A stretch of DNA of 30,284 nt from a virus. Taxonomy: Duplodnaviria; Caudoviricetes. This document shows positions 18,043 to 26,277 of the stretch, in pieces (within the stretch, counting starts at the first letter, position 1; each line of letters starts with the position of its first letter). Location: positions 1 to 30,284 of the IMG/VR virus record IMGVR_UViG_3300027815_000015. The stretch is one strand, 5' to 3'. The position numbers and the translations under genes are program-made. The notes beneath the pieces were generated by a model. It was not told the origin of the DNA. It was given only the letters and a program-made list of their open reading frames with translations, and made no database searches.

Positions 18043-18491
18043 CGTGTCACCGGGAATACGAGCACCTTCTTCAGTTGGTGGAGGAACACGACCGAGGGGC
18101 CGGGCACGTACACCATTTCGCGGGAAGCCTTGTAGCGACCCCTAGCCGGTGCCCCGGTTGTCAGGGGCGGATCGTCGCCCCGCTCCAGCGTGACCGTGAT
18201 GATAAGGTTCTGCCCGTTGGCGATCGAGCCGATGAATTCACCGGCCTGCTTGAGCACCCAATCCAGGTTCTTGCCGCGGGCCTCGACCATGCCGCCTTTC
18301 AGCACGCTGACGCCGGCGATCGGCGCCTTGCCTTCCGACACCGCGAATAACACCGACGCCGGCAGCATGAAGGAGAGCCGGTAATCCGGCATCAGGTGCG
18401 CCGGTACGCTTTTGGACCGGCGCCGATCGGTCTTGCGGTAGCCGGTGACGGCCTCGCCGTCCGGTCTTTTCCAGCGCACACGCCCGCTCAT
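18039..18491 (-). CDS. Hypothetical phage protein
   Basis: 150 aa; ATGA overlaps at both ends. Confidence 0.7.
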   Translation of the reverse strand: MSGRVRWKRPDGEAVTGYRKTDRRRSKSVPAHLMPDYRLSFMLPASVLFAVSEGKAPIAGVSVLKGGMVEARGKNLDWVLKQAGEFIGSIANGQNLIITVTLERGDDPPLTTGAPARGRYKASREMVYVPGPSVVFLHQLKKVLVFPVTR

Positions 18492-18643
18492 GGGATCGCG
18501 CCATCTCGTTCGGCGGGCCCGATGATCGCTTCAATCTCGTCGTCTTCGTCGTCGTCCGCTTCCGGCAATTCGAGATTGCGTACCACGCGCTTGCGGTACT
18601 GCCACCGTGGTCTGCGCGGAGATCGTGATCTGATCTTGCGCAT
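18488..18643 (-). CDS. Small protein with basic N-half and acidic C-half
   Basis: MRKIRSRSPRRPRWQYRKR...EADDDEDDEIE; GGAG upstream; first ORF after the late leader. Confidence 0.5.
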   Translation of the reverse strand: MRKIRSRSPRRPRWQYRKRVVRNLELPEADDDEDDEIEAIIGPAERDGAIP

Positions 18644-18990
18644 GGCGGCACCACTGTTTCTCCAGATATCGCGCGGCCCGGCCGTGCCGGGGCATGGGGC
18701 CACAAATCAGCCGTGCCGGGCCGCAGGCGCGGTGAGGCGCGCCAGTTGGATTCGGTCTGAACTTGAAAGCTTGCAGCTGCGTTAAGCACTGATGCACTGC
18801 GGCGTCGAGGCTGCAGGCGGATCAAACAAATCCCCGCGGACCGATGCGCTTGTTCGGCAGCGTCTCAGGTCTTCGTCGTTGCGAAGCTGGCGGCGACTTC
18901 AACAAGCCCGTTGTCAGGGTGCCTCTCTTTGGAGCAAGGCTCAGTGTGGGGCTGCTGCCGCGGGGAACTGAATTCACATCGCGATCACCG

Positions 18991-19030
18991 GAAACGGAAA
19001 CGCCCGGCAGGTCTGCATGACCTCCGGGCG
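18991..19030 (-). terminator. tR'-like terminator just after the putative late promoter
   Basis: CGCCCGG-AGGTC-atgca-GACCT-g-CCGGGCG followed by TTTCCGTTT. Confidence 0.55.
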
Positions 19031-19057
19031 CAAAATCAGTGATCGAACGGTAGTCAA
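19031..19057 (-). promoter_or_regulatory. Putative late (pR'-like) promoter
   Basis: TTGACT -35 at 19057-19052, 11 nt after the Q-position stop codon; weak -10 (GATTTT). Confidence 0.4.
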
Positions 19058-19068
19058 GGCCCCACATC

Positions 19069-19830
19069 TCAGCAAGCTGTTCCTGCCGGCGTGGTTAATC
19101 GTTGATGAGGCGGCAAAATTGATTTGAGAATTCGCGACGTTGGCTCCGGTCCCGTGATCCAAGGCTCGGCCGCCGCGTGCGGCAGCACCGCGACATGCTC
19201 GCTCAGATTCCAACTCTCATTCGCCAATGTCACCAGCGCCGTGTGCCATGCCGCGTATTCGAATCGCGCGCTGATGATCTCGCAGCCCTCCGGCTCGAGC
19301 TGCAAGGGACAACTCGCGCCGCGCCCATAGCGCCGGCCAGCGGTAATGCCGTCGATCACGGGCTTGCCGTTCTTTCCCAGGATCCGGCGCAGGCGAACGG
19401 GTCCGAGGTCCCAATGCGGGCGCGTTCCCATGATCGCGTGCGAAACGACAAGCGCCGCCGGCGATGTCGCCATGTGCTGGATTCGGGGATCGGGCTTCGG
19501 GGTGTAGGGCAGAAGATGGCCCATCAGAGCTTTGGCAGTCTGCGCCCAATTTAATTTGACGTTCGGTAGCTGCCGCACCGCATGGTCGATCAGCAAGGCG
19601 TCGGGATGCGGCGGCCCAAGAGCAATCGGCAATGCCGTGTCGTGGTGGCTCACGTCAACGTTGGTGCCGAGAAGGATCAGCCGTTCCCACCCGGTAAGGC
19701 CGCCGGTGGTTTGCTTCGGCAGCTCGTCGCGATAGACCCATTGCAGGAGCTTTTCGACGTCTAAACGTCTTTTCTCTCTTTCCACCAGCACCCTCACCGA
19801 CCGCTGATGGCCCCTACCCCTTTGGCTCAC
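19069..19830 (-). CDS. Phage protein at the Q / late-regulator position
   Basis: 253 aa, LDVEKLLQWVYRDELPK...PHPDAL...EYAAWHTAL; last early gene before a long intergenic leader; function inferred from synteny. Confidence 0.6.
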   Translation of the reverse strand: MSQRGRGHQRSVRVLVEREKRRLDVEKLLQWVYRDELPKQTTGGLTGWERLILLGTNVDVSHHDTALPIALGPPHPDALLIDHAVRQLPNVKLNWAQTAKALMGHLLPYTPKPDPRIQHMATSPAALVVSHAIMGTRPHWDLGPVRLRRILGKNGKPVIDGITAGRRYGRGASCPLQLEPEGCEIISARFEYAAWHTALVTLANESWNLSEHVAVLPHAAAEPWITGPEPTSRILKSILPPHQRLTTPAGTAC

Positions 19831-19900
19831 ACTTCAACCGCCGACCGACCTCACCCGGCCAACGGTTTGTACGCGTTATGTTTTCACGTGAAACCTCGCG

Positions 19901-20116
19901 TTATGGGAGGGTAATGGCCTCGATCGGGACTTCGGCTTGCCTGAAACCACCACCATGCCACCGGACCGGGAAACGAACTACTACCGCTTCCTGCAGCTCG
20001 CCGTCTTTTCCGAGCACGGAGACAACCTCGCCGATGATGAAGCACATTTGCCCTGGTGTCAGGCGAGACCTGCCCATGGCCGTGCCGGCCGGCTTGGTGG
20101 TGATTGCGTGAATCAT
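19901..20116 (-). CDS. Small hypothetical protein
   Basis: MIHAITTK...FRQAEVPIEAITLP; start uncertain. Confidence 0.4.
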   Translation of the reverse strand: MIHAITTKPAGTAMGRSRLTPGQMCFIIGEVVSVLGKDGELQEAVVVRFPVRWHGGGFRQAEVPIEAITLP

Positions 20117-20211
20117 CCCTACCCCGTTAGGTGGTGGGACTATACGCGCAAAGGTGGCGTGGAATCTAGAGGCTTTATCAGACCAGTACGGGGGTCTGTT
20201 AAAGTAGGCAA

Positions 20212-20436
20212 TTAACCTGCTTGGAGCCGCTTTTTCTTCGGCCGCGCCGGCTTGCGCGTGAGGAAACGCTCCCGAACCTCGAAGCCTCGAGCTGCCGGCG
20301 GCATTTTGAGAAGCCCGTCCGACGCCGACTGCCATGCCGACCAGGAGCCATCCTGGTAGCGCCAGCGGTATTCGGCCGCACCGGCGATCGGGAAGGCGAT
20401 CTTGATTTGCTCGACGCTCAGCTGCGTGCCGGCCAT
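20212..20436 (-). CDS. Small hypothetical protein
   Basis: GGAGG SD before MAGTQ; YRWRYQDGSWSAW motif. Confidence 0.6.
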   Translation of the reverse strand: MAGTQLSVEQIKIAFPIAGAAEYRWRYQDGSWSAWQSASDGLLKMPPAARGFEVRERFLTRKPARPKKKRLQAG

Positions 20437-20467
20437 TTGGCCCTCCATCCTTCATGAAACCGCACCC

Positions 20468-20495
20468 GTCACGCGTGACAGCGTGACAGCGTGAC
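20468..20495. repeat. Iteron-like cluster GTCACGCGTGAC-AGCGTGAC-AGCGTGAC
   Basis: Palindrome plus 8-bp period repeats immediately after the initiator stop codon. Confidence 0.8.
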
Positions 20496-20496
20496 T

Positions 20497-21429
20497 CTAG
20501 GTGCCTTGCTTCTTCAGTCCCGTGAGCGGCAGCGGCAAGCTCGGACCGTTGATCCTTTCGGCCAGGTGCCGTGCAATCTGTTGTTGAACGATGTTCTCGA
20601 ACGCCTTGCCATTCAGCGATAGCGCGTCGGCCTCGCGGATGATGTTCGCAAGCGCCACCGGGTCTTCAAGCTCGTTGTTCCACCGGCGGATGGCTTGATC
20701 GGCGGTCAACGCAAGACGCATCCCAAGCGCATCGGCGACGACGCGCGCGCCTAAGCCAGTTTCGGTTGTGCCGGTTCCGAATAACCACATTCTTGCTTGG
20801 CCTGGATCGGTAAAGCTTTCCCCGGAACCCCCACTGTTAAGCTCCTGGGGCGCTGATCCTTGCTGCGCGCGCGCGGCTACAGATTCAGAAGGTGTTACCT
20901 GTCTAGTCTTATCTAGCGTGACGTCACGGAGAGTCACGGGAGTCACGCGTGACGGTACTGGTGATGAGTCGTGCCGCTGTACTGCACCTTGCGGTGGGTA
21001 TGGATCGGGCAGACCGAGCCGCACTGCTTTCTGTCGTGCGCGCCGGCGCCGCTGCCGGTCCTTGGCGGTGGGGTCTTCGCTGTCCGGCTGGCGGTCAAAC
21101 CAATCGACGATCCAGTCCTGGTCGATCCAGGCGATCTCCGGGCCTTCGAGTGCGGCGAGGACCCTCGCTACATCGTCGGGTGGAATGTTGAAGGCCTCAG
21201 CGCACTCGAAGGGGTTAAAATCCTCCACGCAGCCACGCCGGCTGCTCTTATTGGCCGTGCAGAGGATGGCATCGGTAACGGAAATCACCGTCGGGATCGG
21301 GACATTCGCCAGCTTCGCGACGGCACGCCATTTCGGATCATGCGGATGGTCGTTGTAGTACCGGAACCAGCCGTACCGTTTCTCGCGTGGCGGCATCGGT
21401 AGCTTTCCGAACGGATTACCGGGGCGCAT
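20497..21429 (-). CDS. Phage replication initiation protein (O-position)
   Basis: WFRYYND...DPKW N-domain, DW..RQP..EDPTAKDRQRRRR, VT-rich linker encoded by iterons. Confidence 0.75.
   Translation of the reverse strand: MRPGNPFGKLPMPPREKRYGWFRYYNDHPHDPKWRAVAKLANVPIPTVISVTDAILCTANKSSRRGCVEDFNPFECAEAFNIPPDDVARVLAALEGPEIAWIDQDWIVDWFDRQPDSEDPTAKDRQRRRRARQKAVRLGLPDPYPPQGAVQRHDSSPVPSRVTPVTLRDVTLDKTRQVTPSESVAARAQQGSAPQELNSGGSGESFTDPGQARMWLFGTGTTETGLGARVVADALGMRLALTADQAIRRWNNELEDPVALANIIREADALSLNGKAFENIVQQQIARHLAERINGPSLPLPLTGLKKQGT
20918..20953. promoter_or_regulatory. Probable replication origin iterons (GTCAC/GTGAC cluster) within the initiator gene
   Basis: GTGACGTCAC-ggaga-GTCAC-ggga-GTCACGCGTGAC beside a relatively AT-rich stretch (about 20890-20915). 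Confidence 0.65.
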
Positions 21430-21432
21430 GAC

Positions 21433-22983
21433 CTACTCCGCCGCCGGCAATTGCTCGACCACCGGCTCGATGGTCACGTCGGCTTCCGCGCCGTTTTCTC
21501 TTTTGATGCGCGCCGCCCCCATTGCGGCATAAGCCGGATTGATCTCGATCAGGATGGCGTTGCGCTTGTGCTTGTCGGCGACGAGGCCGGTGGTGCAGGC
21601 GCCGGCGAAAGGGTCTAGGACGACCCCCCCCCGCGGACAGCCCGCGAGAATGCAGGGCTCGATCAGCGCGGGCGGAAAGGTCGCGAAGTGGGCTTCCTTG
21701 AACGGCTTGGTGGCGATCGACCACACGCTGCGCTTGTTGCGCATCGGCACGATGTCAGCCGAGCCTAGGGCAGCATCGAAGTTCGCGTTGTTCTTCGGGC
21801 GCGGGCCGGAATAGCCAGCTTGCGCCTTGCGGCCGACCGGCACGCGATCGACATTGAAGCGCGAGTTGGGGCCGCCCTGTTTCCATTCCGGCGGAAGCGC
21901 GCGGCGTCCGTCGCGATGCACTGAACCGTGATGGCCTTTGCCCGCATCCCATCCTGCGGGCTGCGGCAGGCGACCGGCGACCGGCGAGCCAATCGCGATG
22001 GTCTGCTTGCCCGGCCCGCCGTCCGCATACTTGTGGGTCTTGCTGCGCGATCGCGCCGCGCGCGCATGGCTGTCCGGTGAGGACGGCTCCATGATCGCGG
22101 CGAAATCGTAGTAGTAGTCGAACCCGCGCCACAGATTGACCTTGATCCACTTCTTCCCCCGGCCCGGCTTGCGGCGTTCCTCGCGCGTCTCTCGATTGCG
22201 CCAGATCACATCAGGCGGCGGCTTCTTCCACACCCATCGTCCGTCGCGGTGACGCCAGCACAGCGTGTCGGCGGATTTGGAAAAAAGGAAAAGATACTCG
22301 TGGCTCGTGGTCGGGCGGTCGTAGACCGACTCTGGCATCGGGTTCTTCTTGTGCCAGATGATGTCCCGCCGGAGATACCAGCCGTCACCCTGAAGCGCGA
22401 AGGCGACCCGCCACGGCATCCCGGCCAGGTCCTTTTGCTTCAGCCCGCGCTGCGGAACGCGGTTGGGCTGCTCTGTCGGGCCATGATAGGGGCCACTCTC
22501 GTTGCCTTCGGTGCCGTCGGCGCGGCCAGGTGTCCGACGCCCCTTGCTGGAGAACGTATTAAACGGCTTGTCGCGGAAAGCGCGATCGTCCGCCTCCTCG
22601 TCCTTGTAGCGCTGCGCGGTCCAGCCGGCGCGCGCGCAGGCGTAGCAATCGCCCATGTTGATCCAGAGCGTGCCGTCCTTGCGCAGCACGCGCCAGACCT
22701 CGTGGAAGATTTCAACCATGTGCCCGACAAAGAGCTGGTAGGTCGGCTCCAGGCCGAAGCACCCGCGCCAGGCGCCGCAGTGGATGCAGAAGCCCTGCTC
22801 GACGCGCTCATCGGCAAAGACATGCTGGCACGCTGGATCGCCGCCCCAGATCGACGGCGGAATTTTGAAGTCGCGCAATCCCCAATAGGGCGGGCTGACG
22901 ACACAGCAATGGACGCTCTCGGAGCCGAGACTGCGGAGCAGATCGCGGCAATCGCCGACAAGTATCCGGACGGTTTGCGTCAC
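21433..22983 (-). CDS. Orphan DNA methyltransferase, N4/N6 beta class (SPPY)
   Basis: Motif IV VVSPPYW near the N-terminus, IIWHKKNPMPES, HEYLFLF, HFATFP, motif I VLDPFAGACTT near the C-terminus. Confidence 0.92.
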   Translation of the reverse strand: MTQTVRILVGDCRDLLRSLGSESVHCCVVSPPYWGLRDFKIPPSIWGGDPACQHVFADERVEQGFCIHCGAWRGCFGLEPTYQLFVGHMVEIFHEVWRVLRKDGTLWINMGDCYACARAGWTAQRYKDEEADDRAFRDKPFNTFSSKGRRTPGRADGTEGNESGPYHGPTEQPNRVPQRGLKQKDLAGMPWRVAFALQGDGWYLRRDIIWHKKNPMPESVYDRPTTSHEYLFLFSKSADTLCWRHRDGRWVWKKPPPDVIWRNRETREERRKPGRGKKWIKVNLWRGFDYYYDFAAIMEPSSPDSHARAARSRSKTHKYADGGPGKQTIAIGSPVAGRLPQPAGWDAGKGHHGSVHRDGRRALPPEWKQGGPNSRFNVDRVPVGRKAQAGYSGPRPKNNANFDAALGSADIVPMRNKRSVWSIATKPFKEAHFATFPPALIEPCILAGCPRGGVVLDPFAGACTTGLVADKHKRNAILIEINPAYAAMGAARIKRENGAEADVTIEPVVEQLPAAE

Positions 22984-23031
22984 GCGACCCCCTCGCGCCC
23001 GATCCGCTCGGGTTGGCGACGCAATTACTAT

Positions 23032-23304
23032 TCAGCGGCTTCTGCGCTTCTTCGGCCGCCGCACGATCAGCCGCAGCATTTCGGCTGCGACCTCTGCCGG
23101 GACCGGCGCTTTACCAGCGATGATCGAGCGCGCTTGCCGATCGGTCTTGCCGGTCAGATCGGCGATGACGGCATCAGGCTTGCGCCACACAATCTTCGCC
23201 ACTTCCCCGAAAAGCTCGGGCCGGAAGTTTTCTTCCGGCTCGGACGGAAAACTTCCGTCGAATCTTTTGGCCGCGAGCCGCGGCATTTCCGATAGTGGCT
23301 GCAT
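23032..23304 (-). CDS. cII-position small regulator-like protein
   Basis: Start ATG 23304 with GAGG SD; HTH-like IADLTGKTDRQARSII; follows cro. Confidence 0.55.
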   Translation of the reverse strand: MQPLSEMPRLAAKRFDGSFPSEPEENFRPELFGEVAKIVWRKPDAVIADLTGKTDRQARSIIAGKAPVPAEVAAEMLRLIVRRPKKRRSR

Positions 23305-23338
23305 ACGCGCCCTCACGCAGACTGATGACGCAACAAAA

Positions 23339-23575
23339 CTAAGCCGATACGCGCGCCGCCTTCCTCGGCTCCATCTGGCCCCACAGCGAGCCCGGCGCGC
23401 GGCAGTGAAGATGGGCCAATTCGATTTGGCAGATGAGGTGGGTGGTGGGAGGAAAGCGGCCGTCACTGAGCCAGTTTGTGATGTTCTGGCTGCGGCGCCC
23501 GGTGATTTCTTGCAGCCTCGCGCGGCCGATCGCGGCGACGACCTCCTCGACCGTCTTAAGCTGGCGAATCTTCAT
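23339..23575 (-). CDS. Cro-like HTH repressor
   Basis: 78 aa; RLQEITGRRSQNITNW HTH; divergent from the cI-like gene. Confidence 0.8.
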   Translation of the reverse strand: MKIRQLKTVEEVVAAIGRARLQEITGRRSQNITNWLSDGRFPPTTHLICQIELAHLHCRAPGSLWGQMEPRKAARVSA

Positions 23576-23584
23576 GGGCCGATG

Positions 23585-23612
23585 AAGGTACAGGCAGGCT
23601 GTAAGATGTCAA
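23585..23612 (-). promoter_or_regulatory. pR-like promoter with operator between -35 and -10
   Basis: Minus strand TTGACA-16 nt-TACCTT containing TTACAG-cctgc-CTGTA. Confidence 0.75.
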
Positions 23613-23668
23613 GTTTGCGCTCTGCTGCATGGAGGCGGGGGCCTGGTTTTGAAACCATCGCGCGCAGC

Positions 23669-23983
23669 ATGGCGCAAACCCGTTCCGATACGGCGAAAGC
23701 GATCGGCGAGCGGCTCAAGCTCGTCCGGCTCGCCTATGCGGCCGTGCAGAGCCGCGTCATCAGCCAATCGGAAATGGCCCGCCTGACGGGCGTGGGGATA
23801 GCCGCCTGGAACAATGCCGAGACCGGGGACAATCGGCTCGGTCTCGACAATGCTATGAAGGTGAGCCGGACAACCGGTGTCAGCCTGGATTATATTTATT
23901 TTGGGGAGCGCGCGGGCCTGCCCCACGCCTTGGCGGTCGAGCTTGAGAAGCTGGAAAATCCAAAGGCGGGGAAACGGGCTTAG
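23669..23983 (+). CDS. cI-like XRE repressor (HTH only, no S24 peptidase domain)
   Basis: Start ATG 23669: IGERLK...SQSEMARLTGVGIAAWNNAETG...GVSLDYIYFGE; 104 aa. Confidence 0.85.
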   Translation: MAQTRSDTAKAIGERLKLVRLAYAAVQSRVISQSEMARLTGVGIAAWNNAETGDNRLGLDNAMKVSRTTGVSLDYIYFGERAGLPHALAVELEKLENPKAGKRA

Positions 23984-24176
23984 GTTCGCCGGAGCCAGCC
24001 AAGAAGGTGCAAATCAGCGCCTCCAGATGCCGCACGATCTGCAACGAATCTTCCTCGTTATCCGGCAATAGCGCCGCGAGCTGCACCGCCTGCCGGCGCA
24101 GCCAGCGGTCGTTGCCGTCGCAGCAGCCCGTTTCCGAGCCTTTCCGAGCGGGATTAAAGGGGGTTACGCGGTCCAT
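23880..24176 (-). CDS. Small protein convergent with and overlapping the repressor 3' end
   Basis: GGAGG SD before MDRVTPF; WLRRQAVQLAALLPDNEEDSLQIV helical core. Confidence 0.55.
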   Translation of the reverse strand: MDRVTPFNPARKGSETGCCDGNDRWLRRQAVQLAALLPDNEEDSLQIVRHLEALICTFLAGSGEPKPVSPPLDFPASQARPPRRGAGPRAPQNKYNPG

Positions 24177-24343
24177 AGATGCCTCCCGATGGTTGCAGGT
24201 CAACAACCAGGAGTATTGCGGCGCCTTGCGGCCATCGCCCTTGGACGATGGCTGCTCCTCCGCGGCACATAGCTCCTAACCTCCCATCGTACCGGCCAAA
24301 ATTGGCGGTCTTTCAACAGCCCAGGGCCGCCGCGGTTCACAAT

Positions 24344-24394
24344 TTACAGTTTGGCTGTAAAATCTATTGACAGCTTACAGTCTGACTGTAAGCT
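24344..24394 (+). promoter_or_regulatory. pL-like promoter with two operators
   Basis: TTACAG-tttgg-CTGTAA (24344-24360); TTGACA (24367-24372); AGCTTACAG-tctga-CTGTAAGCT (24372-24394) overlapping -10 TAAGCT. Confidence 0.8.
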
Positions 24395-24521
24395 CCGACT
24401 CGCCTACTGAGGGAGTCGAGTCGTGGCTACACCTGAAAATCCAAGCCAAGCGCCGCGCGGCCTTGCCGCGCTGACCGCCTCGTCGTCGAAGCTGCATCGT
24501 CGCGAGCGTGGGAGGCGTCCG

Positions 24522-24641
24522 ATGAGTGATATGCGCCGCCTCATCACCGCGATTGGTGTTTTCGATGTCGCCGCCATCGGCCGCGAGGTCGCCGCGCTCG
24601 CCTCCATCGCCGTCGCCAAAACCGCGGGAGCCGCGCCATGA
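24522..24641 (+). CDS. Small hypothetical protein (39 aa)
   Basis: GGAGG SD; ATGA overlap with next gene. Confidence 0.45.
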   Translation: MSDMRRLITAIGVFDVAAIGREVAALASIAVAKTAGAAP

Positions 24642-25093
24642 CGACCGCTCCCGCCGTCGATCACGCCGCCGCCCTCGCCCGCTTCACGCTGATGCGGCTC
24701 AATGCCGCGAAGATCATGGAGGACGCGGCGAAGATGGCCGGCCTCCCCGATCACCTGCGTGCCCAAGCGCAGGCCGCGGCGAACCTGCTGCAACTTCGCC
24801 TGCACCAAATCTACCTCGTGCCCGGGCCAGCCGACGCGAATGAGGTCCGCAAGGACCTTGAAACGATCGCTGCCCGCGTCGTCGATCCGCTCGTTGAGGC
24901 GATCGGCGAACATGCCAAAGAAAACCTTCCCAACATCAAGATTGAGCTTTTCCAAAAGCTGCTCTTCGGCGCGCTCGATGGCGAAGGTCTGTTCAACCTC
25001 GACGAATCTGCCGACCGCATTCGCGAGGAGCGCCGCGAAATCGAAGCTGACCCGCGCGGGTGGTCGAAGGCGCAGGCGGAAGGGGTCGATTGA
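24638..25093 (+). CDS. Hypothetical helical protein
   Basis: 151 aa, GGAG SD, typical codon usage. Confidence 0.75.
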   Translation: MTTAPAVDHAAALARFTLMRLNAAKIMEDAAKMAGLPDHLRAQAQAAANLLQLRLHQIYLVPGPADANEVRKDLETIAARVVDPLVEAIGEHAKENLPNIKIELFQKLLFGALDGEGLFNLDESADRIREERREIEADPRGWSKAQAEGVD

Positions 25094-25311
25094 TGCGCGA
25101 CACCTTCCTCCAGCCAAAGATCGGCAGTTCGCTGTTGGCGCCGCCTTCGGTGGTGTGTTCCCGCTGCCGAGTTTCGGTTCCTAAAAAGGCGATCGAACTC
25201 ATTGACCGCTGCATCGACCCGTTCTGCCCCCTCAAGGGGCTGGCGAACGCGGTGAGAAGCAGCGTGAAGGAACGGGAAGCAGGGCAGCCGAAGGGGCCCG
25301 GAGGGAACTAG
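25093..25311 (+). CDS. Small Cys-motif protein
   Basis: TGATG coupling; CSRC...CIDPFC. Confidence 0.5.
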   Translation: MRDTFLQPKIGSSLLAPPSVVCSRCRVSVPKKAIELIDRCIDPFCPLKGLANAVRSSVKEREAGQPKGPGGN

Positions 25312-25313
25312 CC

Positions 25314-25664
25314 ATGGCGAAGCTCCACGCCGACACAGACGTTTCGCTCGTCATCGAGTTTACCGGCAAGCCACGATACGGAACTTTCTTCCTCGGCGGC
25401 GACCCAAAGACCGGCCCCGAAATCGAAGCGCGCAAGCTGCGCATGGCAGATGAGTTCGAAAAGCTCATCACGCGGCACATCGCGCCTCATTTCAGCGGCG
25501 ACTTTTCCCCGCGCGTGGCCAGGGAGCGTCGATTCGTTTGCGAGGGTTGCGGCAGCGTCTGGACGGAGAAATCCGACACCTACAACGGCGGCTGCTGCTC
25601 GCAGGACGAAGACGATGAAATTGCTGCGCGCGCCGCCAATGGCCAATTCGGAGTGGGAGCATGA
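25314..25664 (+). CDS. Hypothetical protein with CxxC...CC zinc-ribbon-like motif
   Basis: 116 aa, GGAGG SD; CEGCGSVW...GGCC. Confidence 0.7.
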   Translation: MAKLHADTDVSLVIEFTGKPRYGTFFLGGDPKTGPEIEARKLRMADEFEKLITRHIAPHFSGDFSPRVARERRFVCEGCGSVWTEKSDTYNGGCCSQDEDDEIAARAANGQFGVGA

Positions 25665-26089
25665 GCGAAGCAAAGCACACGACGGGGCCGTGGCACGCGC
25701 GACCTGACGATCAAGGCATCCATAGCGGGCCCATCTGCAATGTGTGGGCAGGTGAGCCGGGCTCAGGGGGCGGCGCTGTCGTCGCCTGCATTCCGCTTCA
25801 TACAAAGATTTGGAACAAAGGCGTTGATCTGCCCTACGAGGCCAACTCCCGCCTAATCGCCGCTGCGCCCATCCTGCAAGACCTCTACAACAGCGAAATC
25901 AATTTTGAGATCTCCACACAGTGGGATGGCGGCTTCGACGCGAAGCTCGGCGATCCGCTCAACGGCTTCAAGGCTGAGGGTCAATACCGAACCTATGTCG
26001 AAGCCGTCGAGCAGCTTCGCGATTGGGCGATCGACCACTTTCCTGACAGCGAGTTCGCGGGGAAGTATTGCCCCGGAGGGCGCACCTGA
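25661..26089 (+). CDS. Phage early protein (KHTxGPW...ANxRLIAAAP family) with C-terminal extension
   Basis: KHTTGPW and EANSRLIAAAP motifs. Confidence 0.75.
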   Translation: MSEAKHTTGPWHARPDDQGIHSGPICNVWAGEPGSGGGAVVACIPLHTKIWNKGVDLPYEANSRLIAAAPILQDLYNSEINFEISTQWDGGFDAKLGDPLNGFKAEGQYRTYVEAVEQLRDWAIDHFPDSEFAGKYCPGGRT

Positions 26090-26277
26090 TGCCCTTCATC
26101 GTCACCCGCGAACAGCCGCGCGGAAAACTCTACGCCGCACGCTTTCCTGACGGCGAGATCGGCTGGCAACCGAACAAAGACAAAGCCACGCGGTTCGATG
26201 AACCGGAGGCCGACAAGATCGCGGCCGACATCAACAAATACGCCTTCACCAAGGTGACCGTGGAGGGTGTCCGATGA
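26089..26277 (+). CDS. Small hypothetical protein
   Basis: GGAGG SD, TGATG coupling; W..NKDKATRF. Confidence 0.65.
   Translation: MPFIVTREQPRGKLYAARFPDGEIGWQPNKDKATRFDEPEADKIAADINKYAFTKVTVEGVR

Noticed and set aside
18644-19068. tRNA gene in the late leader
   Set aside because: No cloverleaf with a TTCGA T-loop at the right spacing could be built on either strand
23320-23345. CTGATGA suggesting a hammerhead ribozyme core
   Set aside because: No stem II followed by GAAA and no flanking helices
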